The translations under genes and the position numbers were made by a program. The notes beneath the pieces were generated by a model. That model saw only the letters and a list, made by a program, of their open reading frames with translations. It searched no databases and had not been told where the DNA came from. From Candidatus Krumholzibacteriota bacterium (lineage in GTDB: Bacteria > Krumholzibacteriota > Krumholzibacteriia > JAJRXK01): a DNA stretch of 64,000 bases. Where the stretch lies: the NCBI GenBank assembly GCA_963727455.1, contig CAVSGG010000004.1, forward strand, positions 1 through 64,000, read 5' to 3'. Positions 1 through 9,897 of the stretch are shown piece by piece. The first letter of the stretch is position 1, and every line of letters starts with the position of its first letter.

Positions 1-1978
1 TCGAAGGGCAAGTAGGCGAAGGGCAATCCCGCTGCGCGCAGCGCCTGCGCCATCTCCTCGGCCTGGTTGGGCGGCACCACCGGATCCTCCAGGCCTTGCA
101 TCAAGAGGAGAGGAAATGCAGCGCGAGCGACGAAATGGAGCGGGGAACGTGCGCGGTAGACTTCTTTCTTCTGCGGGTAGGGTGCGATGAGTGTGTAGGG
201 GTACTGCGATTCGAATTTGTGAGTGTCGCGCAGCAACGTCTCCAAATCGCCGATGCCATAGAGGGAAGTGCCCGCGCTGAAGCAGGAGTTTCCGGGAGTA
301 GGCATCACCGTAGCATCCTCGAGTCCCGCTGAAGAAGGGAAGGTAGCGCAGCACAGTACCACATAGCCACCGGCGCTACCCCCCCGCACCGCCATGCGCG
401 TCTCGTCGACCAGCCCTTCCTTCGCCAGGTAACGCGCGGCAGCCTCGCAATCGCGCGGCTCCACCAAGCCGCTGTTGCCGTTGATCGCTTCGCGATAATC
501 GCGCCCATAGCCAGTGCTCCCGCGATAGTTCACGTCCACCACGGCGAAGCCGCGGCTGGTCCAGAACTGCACCTTGAGGCTGAAGCCGGTGTTGGTCGCC
601 CCCGTCGGACCTCCGTGACACATGACGATGAGGGGCGGCGCCTCTCCTTCCGGCGCGCGGAAGTCTTCGTTGCGGGGTGGATAATAAAAGGCATGGGCCA
701 TGCGCGAGATGGCGCGCGTACGCGCCGTCCCCAGACCCTCCTTGGACGCGCCGCTGTCGCCGTCGCTGTTACCGCCGGCGCCACTGTTCTTTCCGGCGTA
801 GGGCGCGGCAGAAAAGGAGATTGCGCGCGGCCGGGAAAGGTAGCGCTCATCGAGGAACTCTTTGGCCGGTTGGTAGATCCGTTGCGGGATGGGGTCGCTC
901 AAGTCTAGCGAATACACCGCGGTGGGAAGCGTGGGAGACCCCCCAAGAAGAAGAGTCGATCGACTCCGTCGCTCTTGAGCTCGCCTCCCTGGCCGAAAAA
1001 GCGCAGGGATAGATCGAAGGGTTCGAAACTCCGCCGCTTCAGATCGAGGAGGCCAAGTCGTTCCTCTCCGTTTTCGATACAGATGCAGGCGATGCGTCCG
1101 TCCTTCAAGTGCGTGTGCATCGAGTACCAGGACGCCCAGGACGGGGAACCGAATTCTGCGTGCATGGGACAGAGGTTCTGCCGCGCGTCCTCGACGAGGC
1201 GATACAGATTCCACCAACCACTCTCATCGCTCACGAAATGGAGGACGCCATCGGCTGACCATGAAGGCTGCACGATACTGACCCCCGCCCCGCCCGCGAC
1301 GCGCTGCGGATTTTCGAGCGAGCCATCCGAGTGCAGCTCGGCCACGAAGAGTTCGGAGCTGTCCCAAGGCATGTTGGGATGGTTCCACTGCAGCCACGCG
1401 AGAGCCTTTCCGTCGCGACGGAAGCAGCTTGGGCCGTAGAAATCGCAACCCGAGGCGATGATCACAGGAGCTGAAGAGCCGTCGGCCGGAATGAGGACGA
1501 GTTCGTTGAGCACCTCCGACGGAAGAGCCGAACGCCGGGGATCGCGAGGAAGGTGCCGCTCCCGCTGGCAGACGATCCAGCGTTCGTCACTGGAGAGTTG
1601 CGGATCGCTGTAGCGATGGTCCTCGCCCACATCCGGCGTGACCGGAAAGCAGTTTCCGTCCCTCCCGACGCGATAGAGACTCTGATCCTTCAGGTTGGTG
1701 AACCACAGCGCATCCTTGCCCACGCAGAAGGTGCCGCTTCCGTACTCGTTCACCCGGTTTCGCGCGCACATCGTGTCCGGAATTTCCTCGCGCGGGGCGC
1801 CGCCTTCGAACGCGGTGGAAACGAGGGCCACGCGGCCGGATTCCATGGGCCTCATCTCCGTCCAATAGACCCGTCCCTGGGCCACTTGCAGCTGCGCAAG
1901 GCTCAACGAACCCGCCGCGATCCTCTCGGGAGAAATGGGGCTCCTCCAGCTTCCATGAGGCTTGATTTCAGGTTTCAT
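1..1978 (-). CDS. S9 family peptidase (dipeptidyl aminopeptidase/acylaminoacyl peptidase); frameshifted at 939-944 and running off the window start
   Basis: N-terminus MKPEIKPHGSWRSPIS followed by a beta-propeller region. Restoring one G in the G6 run (C6 on + at 939-944) joins it to the catalytic domain: CHGGPT, VNYRGSTGYGR, GGSAGG nucleophile, DTHKFES, QGLEDPVVPPNQA. That frame stays open to base 1. Confidence 0.9.
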
Positions 1979-2160
1979 GCCGCTTCTGCGCTTGCCTTTC
2001 TGGAGTCGAGTTCGAACTTGGGCTATTGTTTGCCCGACGCTTGTCCTTCGATGCCCGGGGGTAGGCGACGGAAATGCGTGCAACCCTTCTCTTCCGTCAG
2101 ATCGTAGGCGGGTGTGACATTCTCGGGCTTCGACTCGGCTTTCTGCAAGGAGATCATTTC

Positions 2161-4863
2161 ATGTTCAGCGTCGCCGCGATGCGGTCTCAGGTTTTTTGTT
2201 TCGTGTTGGGGCTTCTGCTTGTTTTCGGGATTGGCGTTAGCTCGGCACAGGAGAGCCCCTCTCCCACCAAGGAAGATTCCGGCCAGACCGCGTCCGCGGC
2301 CGACTCGAGCATTCGTCTCGATAATACAATCGCCCCCATCTTCGAAGAGATCGATCTAAAGCTCGACCCCGAGCAGACAAGCTACACTGGCACGGTTCAC
2401 ATCCACCTAAAGGCCAAGCAAGCGCGGGATTCCTTCCAACTCCACGCCGAGGGCATGGAGTTCAAGAATGTGGAGCTGGAAGGCCCCACCGGCATGATCC
2501 CCGTGAGCTTCAAGATGCGCGACGACAAGAGGGTCGATTTCAAGGCGGCGGCGGCGCTCGAACCGACCGGCGAGTACACGCTCAGCATCGATTTCGCGCA
2601 GGAATTCGATACCACCGCGCGCGGTCTCTACCGCCTGGTCACCGACGGCAAGGCCTATCTCTTCACCCAATTCGAGGCCATCGACGCGCGCCAGGCTTTC
2701 CCTTGCTACGACGAACCGAGTTTCAAGATCCCCTGGCAGATGATGATCTCGGTGCCCGAAGGCCAGAAGGTCTTCACCAACACGCCGATCGAGCACGAGA
2801 GCACGAAAGATGGCTGGCGCACGGTGAGCTTCGCCGTCACCAAGCCCATGCCCTCGTACCTGCTGGCGCTGGCGGCGGGTCCTCTGGAGACCACGGAGAT
2901 CCCGGGGCTGGGCGTACCGGGACGCGTGATCACGGTGGCGGGAAAGTCGGGTCTGGTTGGCGAGGCGGTGCGCATGGCGCCGCCTCTCTTGAAGGCCTTG
3001 GAGAAATACTTCGAGGAACCCTATCCCTACGCCAAGCTCGATCTGGTGGCGGTGCCGGAGTTCTGGGCGGGGGCCATGGAAAACGTGGGTTTCATCACCT
3101 TCCGCGAGACGGTACTGCTGCTGGATCCCAAGGAAGATACCATCGCTCAGAAGCGCAGTATGGCATCGACCATGACGCACGAGATGGCTCACATGTGGTT
3201 CGGGGACAAGGTGACCATGGATTGGTGGGACGACCTCTGGTTGAACGAGTCCTTCGCGACCTGGCTGGGCAACAAGATCACCGACCGGGTTTTCCCCGAG
3301 TACAGCATTGCAGTGACGAACGTAGGCAGAGTGGAGGGGGCGATGGCCACCGACGCGCAGCAATCGGCGCGGGCGATCCGGCAACCGGTAACCGACGAAG
3401 TCCAACTTCTGCAAGCCGCCGACGGTCTCACCTACCAGAAGGGCATGGCGGTCTTGGGCATGTTCGAGAACTGGATGGGAGAGGATCTCTTCCGCAAGAC
3501 CATCTTGACCTATATCAAAGAGAACGCCTGGGGCAACGCGGTTGCGGCCGACCTTTGGTCCTCGATGAGCGAAGCTTCGGGCGTCGATGTCGGTACCGCA
3601 ATGTCGACTTTCCTCGATCAACCCGGGGTGCCGCTCTTGAGCGTGAGCGACTTGGGCGACGGAAAGATCGCGCTGCACCAGGAGCGCTTCAGGAACTACG
3701 CGGCGCGCTCCAACAAGATGGCGCAGAGCTGGCAGTTGCCGGTGGTGCTGCGCTACTCCGACGGTGATCAGGTGCGAACCCTGCGGACCCTCCTGAGCTC
3801 ACGCGACGAGACGCTCGACCTTCCCACCAAGGGAAAGCTGGAGTGGATTCATCCCAACGATGACGAACGGGGCTACTACCACTGGGACGTGGATCCCGAG
3901 ATTCTGGACCGACTTTCCAAGGACGCGGTCGAAATCATGAATCCGCGGGAACGTGTGGCATTCGTGGGACAGGTCTCTGCTCTGCTCGACGCCGGCCGTC
4001 TCGACGGGGGAAGCTATTTGAAGGTCATTGCTAATTTGGCCGATGACCCGCGGCCCGAAGTGATTTCCGCGATGACAGGGGCCATGGCCAAGGTACGCAT
4101 CGCCTTCGTGACGCCAGAGCTCGAGGATGCTTTCGCAGTCTACGTATCGAAAATGCTGGGTCCGGCGCGCGAGCGCTTCGGGCTGAAACCGAAGCAGGGC
4201 GAAAGTGACGCCGCTGCGCTGTTGCGCCCAAGCCTCATCGGGTGGTTGGGCAAATACGCACACGATGAAGAAGTGGTGGCCTACGCCAAGTCCGTCACCG
4301 AAGCCTATCTCGACGGACAGGGCACCCCCGACCCCTCGGTACTGGGGCAATGCATGCAGATCGCCGCGCTGGATGGAGGATGGCGACTCTACAACAAGTA
4401 CAAGAAGGGCTTCGAGGAAGCGAAGGTGCCCGCCGAGCGAGCGCGCTTTTTGGCCGGGCTGGGATGGTTCACCGAGCCGGCCATGATTCATCACGCCCTC
4501 TATTACAGTCTCCACGGAGATTTGCGGCCCCAGGAGATCTTCACCATCCCCATGGGCATCGGCCGAAGTGGTGACCAGGAGAACACGAAGATCCTCTGGG
4601 ACTGGATGACGAACAACTACGACGAACTCATGAAGAAAATGCCGCCCATGTTCGCGGTCTACATGCCCTACTTCGCGGGTGGTTGCTCGGCCGACCGTAT
4701 CGAGGCAGCGCGGCTCTTCTTTGCGCAGGACGGGCCCCACTACGTAGCGGGCCAGGAAAAGGAGCTGGACAAAGTGGCCGAGGCGGTCGGGGATTGCGTC
4801 GGCCTTCGCGAACGGGAAGGGAAGACTGTCCGCGAATATCTAATCCATGTGGCAGGCCTCTAG
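2161..4863 (+). CDS. Secreted M1 family aminopeptidase (PepN/ERAP1-like C-terminal domain)
   Basis: GAMEN and HEMAH-x18-E (LWLNESFA) motifs; N-terminal signal peptide; AAGGAG SD before ATG 2161. Confidence 0.95.
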   Translation: MFSVAAMRSQVFCFVLGLLLVFGIGVSSAQESPSPTKEDSGQTASAADSSIRLDNTIAPIFEEIDLKLDPEQTSYTGTVHIHLKAKQARDSFQLHAEGMEFKNVELEGPTGMIPVSFKMRDDKRVDFKAAAALEPTGEYTLSIDFAQEFDTTARGLYRLVTDGKAYLFTQFEAIDARQAFPCYDEPSFKIPWQMMISVPEGQKVFTNTPIEHESTKDGWRTVSFAVTKPMPSYLLALAAGPLETTEIPGLGVPGRVITVAGKSGLVGEAVRMAPPLLKALEKYFEEPYPYAKLDLVAVPEFWAGAMENVGFITFRETVLLLDPKEDTIAQKRSMASTMTHEMAHMWFGDKVTMDWWDDLWLNESFATWLGNKITDRVFPEYSIAVTNVGRVEGAMATDAQQSARAIRQPVTDEVQLLQAADGLTYQKGMAVLGMFENWMGEDLFRKTILTYIKENAWGNAVAADLWSSMSEASGVDVGTAMSTFLDQPGVPLLSVSDLGDGKIALHQERFRNYAARSNKMAQSWQLPVVLRYSDGDQVRTLRTLLSSRDETLDLPTKGKLEWIHPNDDERGYYHWDVDPEILDRLSKDAVEIMNPRERVAFVGQVSALLDAGRLDGGSYLKVIANLADDPRPEVISAMTGAMAKVRIAFVTPELEDAFAVYVSKMLGPARERFGLKPKQGESDAAALLRPSLIGWLGKYAHDEEVVAYAKSVTEAYLDGQGTPDPSVLGQCMQIAALDGGWRLYNKYKKGFEEAKVPAERARFLAGLGWFTEPAMIHHALYYSLHGDLRPQEIFTIPMGIGRSGDQENTKILWDWMTNNYDELMKKMPPMFAVYMPYFAGGCSADRIEAARLFFAQDGPHYVAGQEKELDKVAEAVGDCVGLREREGKTVREYLIHVAGL

Positions 4864-4946
4864 CGCTTCAGGCTATCCTCTGCAGGAACTCGTAGCCCCA
4901 AGAGGGAGAACATCCGCGGCGATTCGCCGGGAAAAGGAATCGGAAA

Positions 4947-5705
4947 CTGAACGCCCGCACGCATTCAAGAGCGACGGCGCCGCTACTCGTCGCGCTGAGC
5001 TGTTGCCTGTTGACCCTGGGACTTTCCGGCGTGCCGTCGGCGCGCGCCCAGCTCGACGGTCCACACGTGGAGCTGTCGGGGGGAGTAGGGGGCGCCCTCT
5101 TCGAGCAATGGCTCGGGATCGAGAACAACTCGCTGCTCGTCGGTAGGCTCGGTTACCACCCCACCGCGCTGTGGGGACTCGAGCTCCAGTTCGATTTCGT
5201 CAACAGCCACGACAAGGACTTCGGAAAGACCTCCAGCAGCCGCTACCACTATCTGGGTTTGGGCGCCACCTTTTCTCTCCAGCCCATGCGTAAGTTTTCG
5301 CCTTATTTGTCGTCCTCTGTCGGGATGGCCTCGCTGATCCGTGCTCATGCGACGGAACGGGCGCTGGGGGTTGGCTTGACCGGTGGCGTGCTCCTCAATC
5401 TGAATCGCAACACGGGGGTCTTTGCCGAGCTGAAAGACGAATTCGCCCGCTTTCGGGGATCCTTTGCGCAGCAAGTTCTCATTTCTACTGGTTTACGCCT
5501 TATTTTCGGCTCTACGGAAGATCTGGACGGCGATGGCGTGAGCGACAGTCTGGACCTGTGTCCCGACACCCCCCTAGGTGCTCTGGTGGACGAGCACGGG
5601 TGTCCCTCGGACCCCGATGGGGACGGCGTCCCCGAAGGCCTCGACGAATGTCCCGACACTCCCCTGGGGACCCCGGTCAACGCGCACGGTTGTCCCATCC
5701 ACTGA
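4947..5705 (+). CDS. OmpA-type outer-membrane beta-barrel with thrombospondin type-3 (DxDGDGVxDxxDxCP) repeats and no OmpA_C domain; probable CTG start
   Basis: Alternating beta-strand pattern, SPYLSSSVG and GLRLIFG, then two DGDGV..CPDTP repeats. A complete signal peptide is obtained only from CTG 4947 (track start is TTG 5010). Confidence 0.75.
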   Translation: MNARTHSRATAPLLVALSCCLLTLGLSGVPSARAQLDGPHVELSGGVGGALFEQWLGIENNSLLVGRLGYHPTALWGLELQFDFVNSHDKDFGKTSSSRYHYLGLGATFSLQPMRKFSPYLSSSVGMASLIRAHATERALGVGLTGGVLLNLNRNTGVFAELKDEFARFRGSFAQQVLISTGLRLIFGSTEDLDGDGVSDSLDLCPDTPLGALVDEHGCPSDPDGDGVPEGLDECPDTPLGTPVNAHGCPIH

Positions 5706-5964
5706 AGTGCTCCACTGGATGAATTGGCAGTGCTTTTCGGCTTCGGGTCCTGGCCTTTCGAGGCCCGAGATCCGTATGTTTGCCAAGTTGAGACCGGACG
5801 GTCGATGGTGTACCTTTGACCGCCGCTGAAGGTACCAGCTCAGCGCGCCGGGGCGGCGTCCAGCAGGGCGCTGGCCCAGATCCAGAGTGCGCGAAATTTC
5901 GATGATCTCTCCCTTGTGCAATCCCCGCGATGGAGCTCAGCCCTCGATCGCCTCGGAGGCCAGA

Positions 5965-8900
5965 ATGTTCGCGAGTTCAAGTGAATGGAGAACGCGCCGC
6001 GCGCGTCAGCTCCCGCTTCTTCTGATCGCCCTCTTTTCCCTGATTTTGTGCACGCGACCGCTGCATGCAGGGGCGCTCTATTCCGGCGCCCTGGTGCCGA
6101 CGGGGATCAATCCGGATGCCATGGCGCCCGGAGATTTCAACGCCGATGGAGTATCCGATTTCGCCGTCGTGAATTACGCCGATCACACGGTTTCCATCTT
6201 CCTCGCCAACACCCTGGGCGGCGTAGGTGACGGCACCTTCACCGAAGTTTCCAATTTCGAGGTAGGGGAAGAGCCCTGGGACATCGCGGCGGGTGACTTG
6301 AATGGCGACGGTGCGACTGACTTGGCCGTGACCGAGGCCGCGGCGGGGCGCGTTTCCATCTGGTTCGCGGCGACTCCCGGTGGAGTTCCGGACGGTACCT
6401 TCTACGCGGGACCTGCTCCGGGAGTTTGGGAGTATCCCGTGTCGGTGCTCTTCGAGGATCTCAACGGGGACGGAAACGACGACATCGCGGCGGCCAACTA
6501 CTGGTCGGACAACCTGAGTGTGTTCTATGGGGACGGAAACGGGGGGTTTTCGGGGAACGAGGTTCTGGAGACGGGTTCGCGCCCCATCGATCTGGTCACC
6601 GGAGACTTCAACAATGACGGCAGGGTCGATCTCGTTTCCGCGAACTTCCTCTCAGACAACGCCACGCTCTATCTGGGGCAGGCCGGCGGAGGATTCACCC
6701 TTTTCGGTAATCTGAACGCGGGACCGCGGCCCGTAGCCGTGGCTGCGGGCGCGTTGGTGGACGGCATCGACGATCTGGCCTTCGCCAATTACTACGACGG
6801 GGAGCTCAGCCTGTTGGAGACGACCGTCCCGGCGCAATCCCAGGGCACTCTCTTCGGCTTCCAAACGCAGCTCACTACGACGAGTTCGCCGCGCTCCGTT
6901 GCCTTCGCAAACTTGACTCCCGACACGAACCTCGATCTGGTCTATGCCCTAGAGGGGAGCGACCAGATTGGGGTGAGCGTGGGCAACAACCTGGGGACCT
7001 ACGACAGCCAGAACCTGTATTTCGCTGGTTTCCGGCCGATGCAAGTAGTTCCCATGCAAATCGACGGAGACGGATACCGGGACATCGCGGTGACTTCGCA
7101 CTGGAGCCACGGCATCCTCATTCTGAACGGTTTGGGCACGGGGGGCGCCGCAGCGGGTCGATTCTCTCCCTTGCGCTATGAGACCGGCCTTCAGCCCATA
7201 CGAACACTTTTGGCCGATCTTAACGGTGACACCTACCTGGACCTCATTACTCTCGACTACTTGGCCAGCGCGGTCACGATACGAAAAGGTCAAGCCGGTC
7301 CGGTCTGGTTCAACGGCACCTCGTACACCCAATATGCTGGAATCGGGCCCGAGGAGATCGCCCTGGGTCACTTCACCACAAATCAACTCCCTGCGGTCCT
7401 GGCGGTGAACTCGATCACCAGTTTTCTCAGTGTTTTCGAGCCCGATCCGAGTGACCCGTCGTTGCTGGGGGCGGTCACCCGCATTCAGGTCCAGCAGAAC
7501 CCCCGGGATCTTCAGGTCGCCGATTTCGATCGTGACGGCGTGGATGACGTGATCACCTTCAGTTCTGCGACAGGTCGACTCGATTTGATCCGCGGCATCA
7601 TGAGTTCCTCCATTACCTCTCAGAGCTTCAAGCAGGACATCGAGATCGCGATTGACCAGAGCGACGCGAATGGTGAGAGCGACGCACGCTACACTACGAC
7701 GACTCCGTCCGCGGAAGCGGGGCGCTCGCTCGCAATGGGCGATGCCAACAACGACGGTTTCAGTGACGTGCTCGTGGGTTCTCCCGGTGAGAACATGGTG
7801 CGGCTCTACTACGGCGCGGCTGTCCTGGACACCATTCCCGACATGACCTTCGTTGGTCCCCAGTCCGGCGAGCGCTTCGGAGCTTCGGTGGCCTTCGGGG
7901 ACATCGACGACGACGGCTTCGATGACATCCTCATCGGAGCTCCTGACAACGACACCGGAGCGCCGAATGGAGGCATGGTCTACCTCTACCGCGGCAACGA
8001 AGACACCACTGCCGACCTAACGGTTTCCGGCACTCAGGACGGGGAGGCACTGGGATCCAGCCTTGCCTCGGGCTTTGACTTCAGTGGTGACGGAATCGAG
8101 GACTGGGCAACAGGATCTCCCGGTTACGATGGGACGGGAACGGATGCGGGCCGGTGCTACATCTTTTACGGCGGCGGGCTAGATGCTTCGGCAGATCTTA
8201 CTCTGGACGGCAGCGCGTCCGGCGATCAGTTCGGGGCCAGCATGGCCTCGGCGGGAGATTTCAACGCGGACGACGTTGGCGACCTGGTCATCGGTGCGCC
8301 GAAGCACGGGGAGACCCTGACCCAAGCAGGCCGGATCTACGTCTTTCCCGGCGGGAGTTCGGCCGCCGTGCCTTTCCTCACCGCGGATGGACCAGCGGCA
8401 AAATCAGATCTTGGAGCCTCGGTTGCGGGAATCGGAGATTACAACGGCGACGGGATCGATGATGTCGCCGCAGGCGCCCCGCTCTACGATTCTTCTGGGG
8501 GACAGAATCTCGGCGCGGTCTTCTTGTACTACGGTGGACTTTCGGTGAGTGGGACCGCAAACCTCCAGATCAGTGGAAACAGGACCAACGCGTACTTCGG
8601 AACGAGTGTCGCCCCCGCCGGCCATCCTCGAGAAGGTGAGGATGGGGACATGCTGGTGGGCTCTCCGGGCTACGTGAGCGAAATCCCCGGGAGTCCCGAG
8701 AAAAACGAATACGGTCGTGTCTATCTGTTTGCCGCGGGTTCAACGAGCCTCAACGGTGCGGTGGTGATTGCCAAGGGTAAGGTCGCGGATGCCAGTTTCG
8801 GCGCAACTGTCTCGGGGGGCGCTGATCTCAACAACGACGGTTACAGCGATTGGATTGTCGGCGCGCCTGATGATCCCACCCTCGCAACCGGGGCGGGACG

Positions 8901-9852
8901 CGCCTTTGCCTACAAGGGTGGTCGCGGCGGGGTTCCAGGTCTCGGCGCGATTGCCTCGGGCGACTTCAACGCGGATGGAGAGGCGGATCTCGTCGCCATC
9001 AACCAAGACACGGGCGAGATAAACATCTTCCTCAACGAGCCGAATTTCGCCTTCGTGAATACGGACCATCCGGTCAGCACGATAATTCCGGTGGACGGAA
9101 AGCCGGTTGCGGTGAGCTGTGGTGACGTGAATGGAGACACTTTGGACGACTTTGCAATCGTGCGCGCCAACCCGGAGGACGTGGTTCTTTACCTCAGCAA
9201 CGGGGATGGCACTTTCCAGGAGGGCGAGGCTTACCCGGCGGGCCGCAGGGTTACCGGATATCCTCTGCTGCCCACCCGAGTTTATCTCGCGGATGTGACG
9301 AACGACGGCAATTTGGATCTGTTGACGGTGATCAGCGCTTGGGGTGGGGTGTCCATCAGGGCTGGAAACGGCGACGGGACTTTCGGTGCATCCTCGGAGT
9401 ACCTGGGGGCCGAACTCGCCACCGACATCGCGCTCGGTGACGTTTCCCGCGACGGAAAATTGGATCTAGCGATGACCGATAGGCCAAACGGACGCGTGAA
9501 CGTTTTCTTCCTGCGTGACACCTCGGTCGCGAAGCAGCAAGCAACGGACGCTCCCGCGATCCCTAGCAACATTGCGCCTCTCCTCGCTCAGAACTACCCA
9601 AATCCGTTCAATCCAAAGACCTTGATCCGCTACGATCTTCCGGTAGGTGGGCAGGTCGAGCTGAGCGTGTTCGATTTGAGGGGACGTAAAGTCGCGACTC
9701 TGGTCAACTCCAAGCTCCCTGCTGGTGCTCAGCAGGCCACCTGGAGCGGTCGCGATGATCGTGGCGGTGAAGTCGCGGCGGGCGTGTATCTCTATCGCCT
9801 GGTGGTCGACGGTGCAATCGCGGGCCAGCGCAAGATGGTTCTGGTGAAGTAA
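5965..9852 (+). CDS. Large secreted FG-GAP/VCBS + integrin-alpha repeat protein with C-terminal FlgD-Ig / T9SS-type sorting domain
   Basis: Many GDxNxDGxxD repeats, GAP-ending blades, and a C-terminal LAQNYPNPFNPKTLIRYDLP...GVYLYRL...KMVLVK; signal peptide; GGAGG SD before ATG 5965. Confidence 0.9.
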   Translation: MFASSSEWRTRRARQLPLLLIALFSLILCTRPLHAGALYSGALVPTGINPDAMAPGDFNADGVSDFAVVNYADHTVSIFLANTLGGVGDGTFTEVSNFEVGEEPWDIAAGDLNGDGATDLAVTEAAAGRVSIWFAATPGGVPDGTFYAGPAPGVWEYPVSVLFEDLNGDGNDDIAAANYWSDNLSVFYGDGNGGFSGNEVLETGSRPIDLVTGDFNNDGRVDLVSANFLSDNATLYLGQAGGGFTLFGNLNAGPRPVAVAAGALVDGIDDLAFANYYDGELSLLETTVPAQSQGTLFGFQTQLTTTSSPRSVAFANLTPDTNLDLVYALEGSDQIGVSVGNNLGTYDSQNLYFAGFRPMQVVPMQIDGDGYRDIAVTSHWSHGILILNGLGTGGAAAGRFSPLRYETGLQPIRTLLADLNGDTYLDLITLDYLASAVTIRKGQAGPVWFNGTSYTQYAGIGPEEIALGHFTTNQLPAVLAVNSITSFLSVFEPDPSDPSLLGAVTRIQVQQNPRDLQVADFDRDGVDDVITFSSATGRLDLIRGIMSSSITSQSFKQDIEIAIDQSDANGESDARYTTTTPSAEAGRSLAMGDANNDGFSDVLVGSPGENMVRLYYGAAVLDTIPDMTFVGPQSGERFGASVAFGDIDDDGFDDILIGAPDNDTGAPNGGMVYLYRGNEDTTADLTVSGTQDGEALGSSLASGFDFSGDGIEDWATGSPGYDGTGTDAGRCYIFYGGGLDASADLTLDGSASGDQFGASMASAGDFNADDVGDLVIGAPKHGETLTQAGRIYVFPGGSSAAVPFLTADGPAAKSDLGASVAGIGDYNGDGIDDVAAGAPLYDSSGGQNLGAVFLYYGGLSVSGTANLQISGNRTNAYFGTSVAPAGHPREGEDGDMLVGSPGYVSEIPGSPEKNEYGRVYLFAAGSTSLNGAVVIAKGKVADASFGATVSGGADLNNDGYSDWIVGAPDDPTLATGAGRAFAYKGGRGGVPGLGAIASGDFNADGEADLVAINQDTGEINIFLNEPNFAFVNTDHPVSTIIPVDGKPVAVSCGDVNGDTLDDFAIVRANPEDVVLYLSNGDGTFQEGEAYPAGRRVTGYPLLPTRVYLADVTNDGNLDLLTVISAWGGVSIRAGNGDGTFGASSEYLGAELATDIALGDVSRDGKLDLAMTDRPNGRVNVFFLRDTSVAKQQATDAPAIPSNIAPLLAQNYPNPFNPKTLIRYDLPVGGQVELSVFDLRGRKVATLVNSKLPAGAQQATWSGRDDRGGEVAAGVYLYRLVVDGAIAGQRKMVLVK

Positions 9853-9897
9853 ATGGAGCGATCCAAAGTGTCAAAGATCGTATTCAGGAGTGGTTCG

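Noticed and set aside
5521-5700. Nucleotide repeat (TGTCCCGACAC...) as a CRISPR or other DNA repeat
   Set aside because: Explained by the two in-frame TSP3 protein repeats.
5703-5705. Selenocysteine readthrough at the TGA stops of the OmpA-like gene or the 36727-37311 lipoprotein
   Set aside because: The downstream sequence is not domain-like and I saw no convincing SECIS or redox-motif context.
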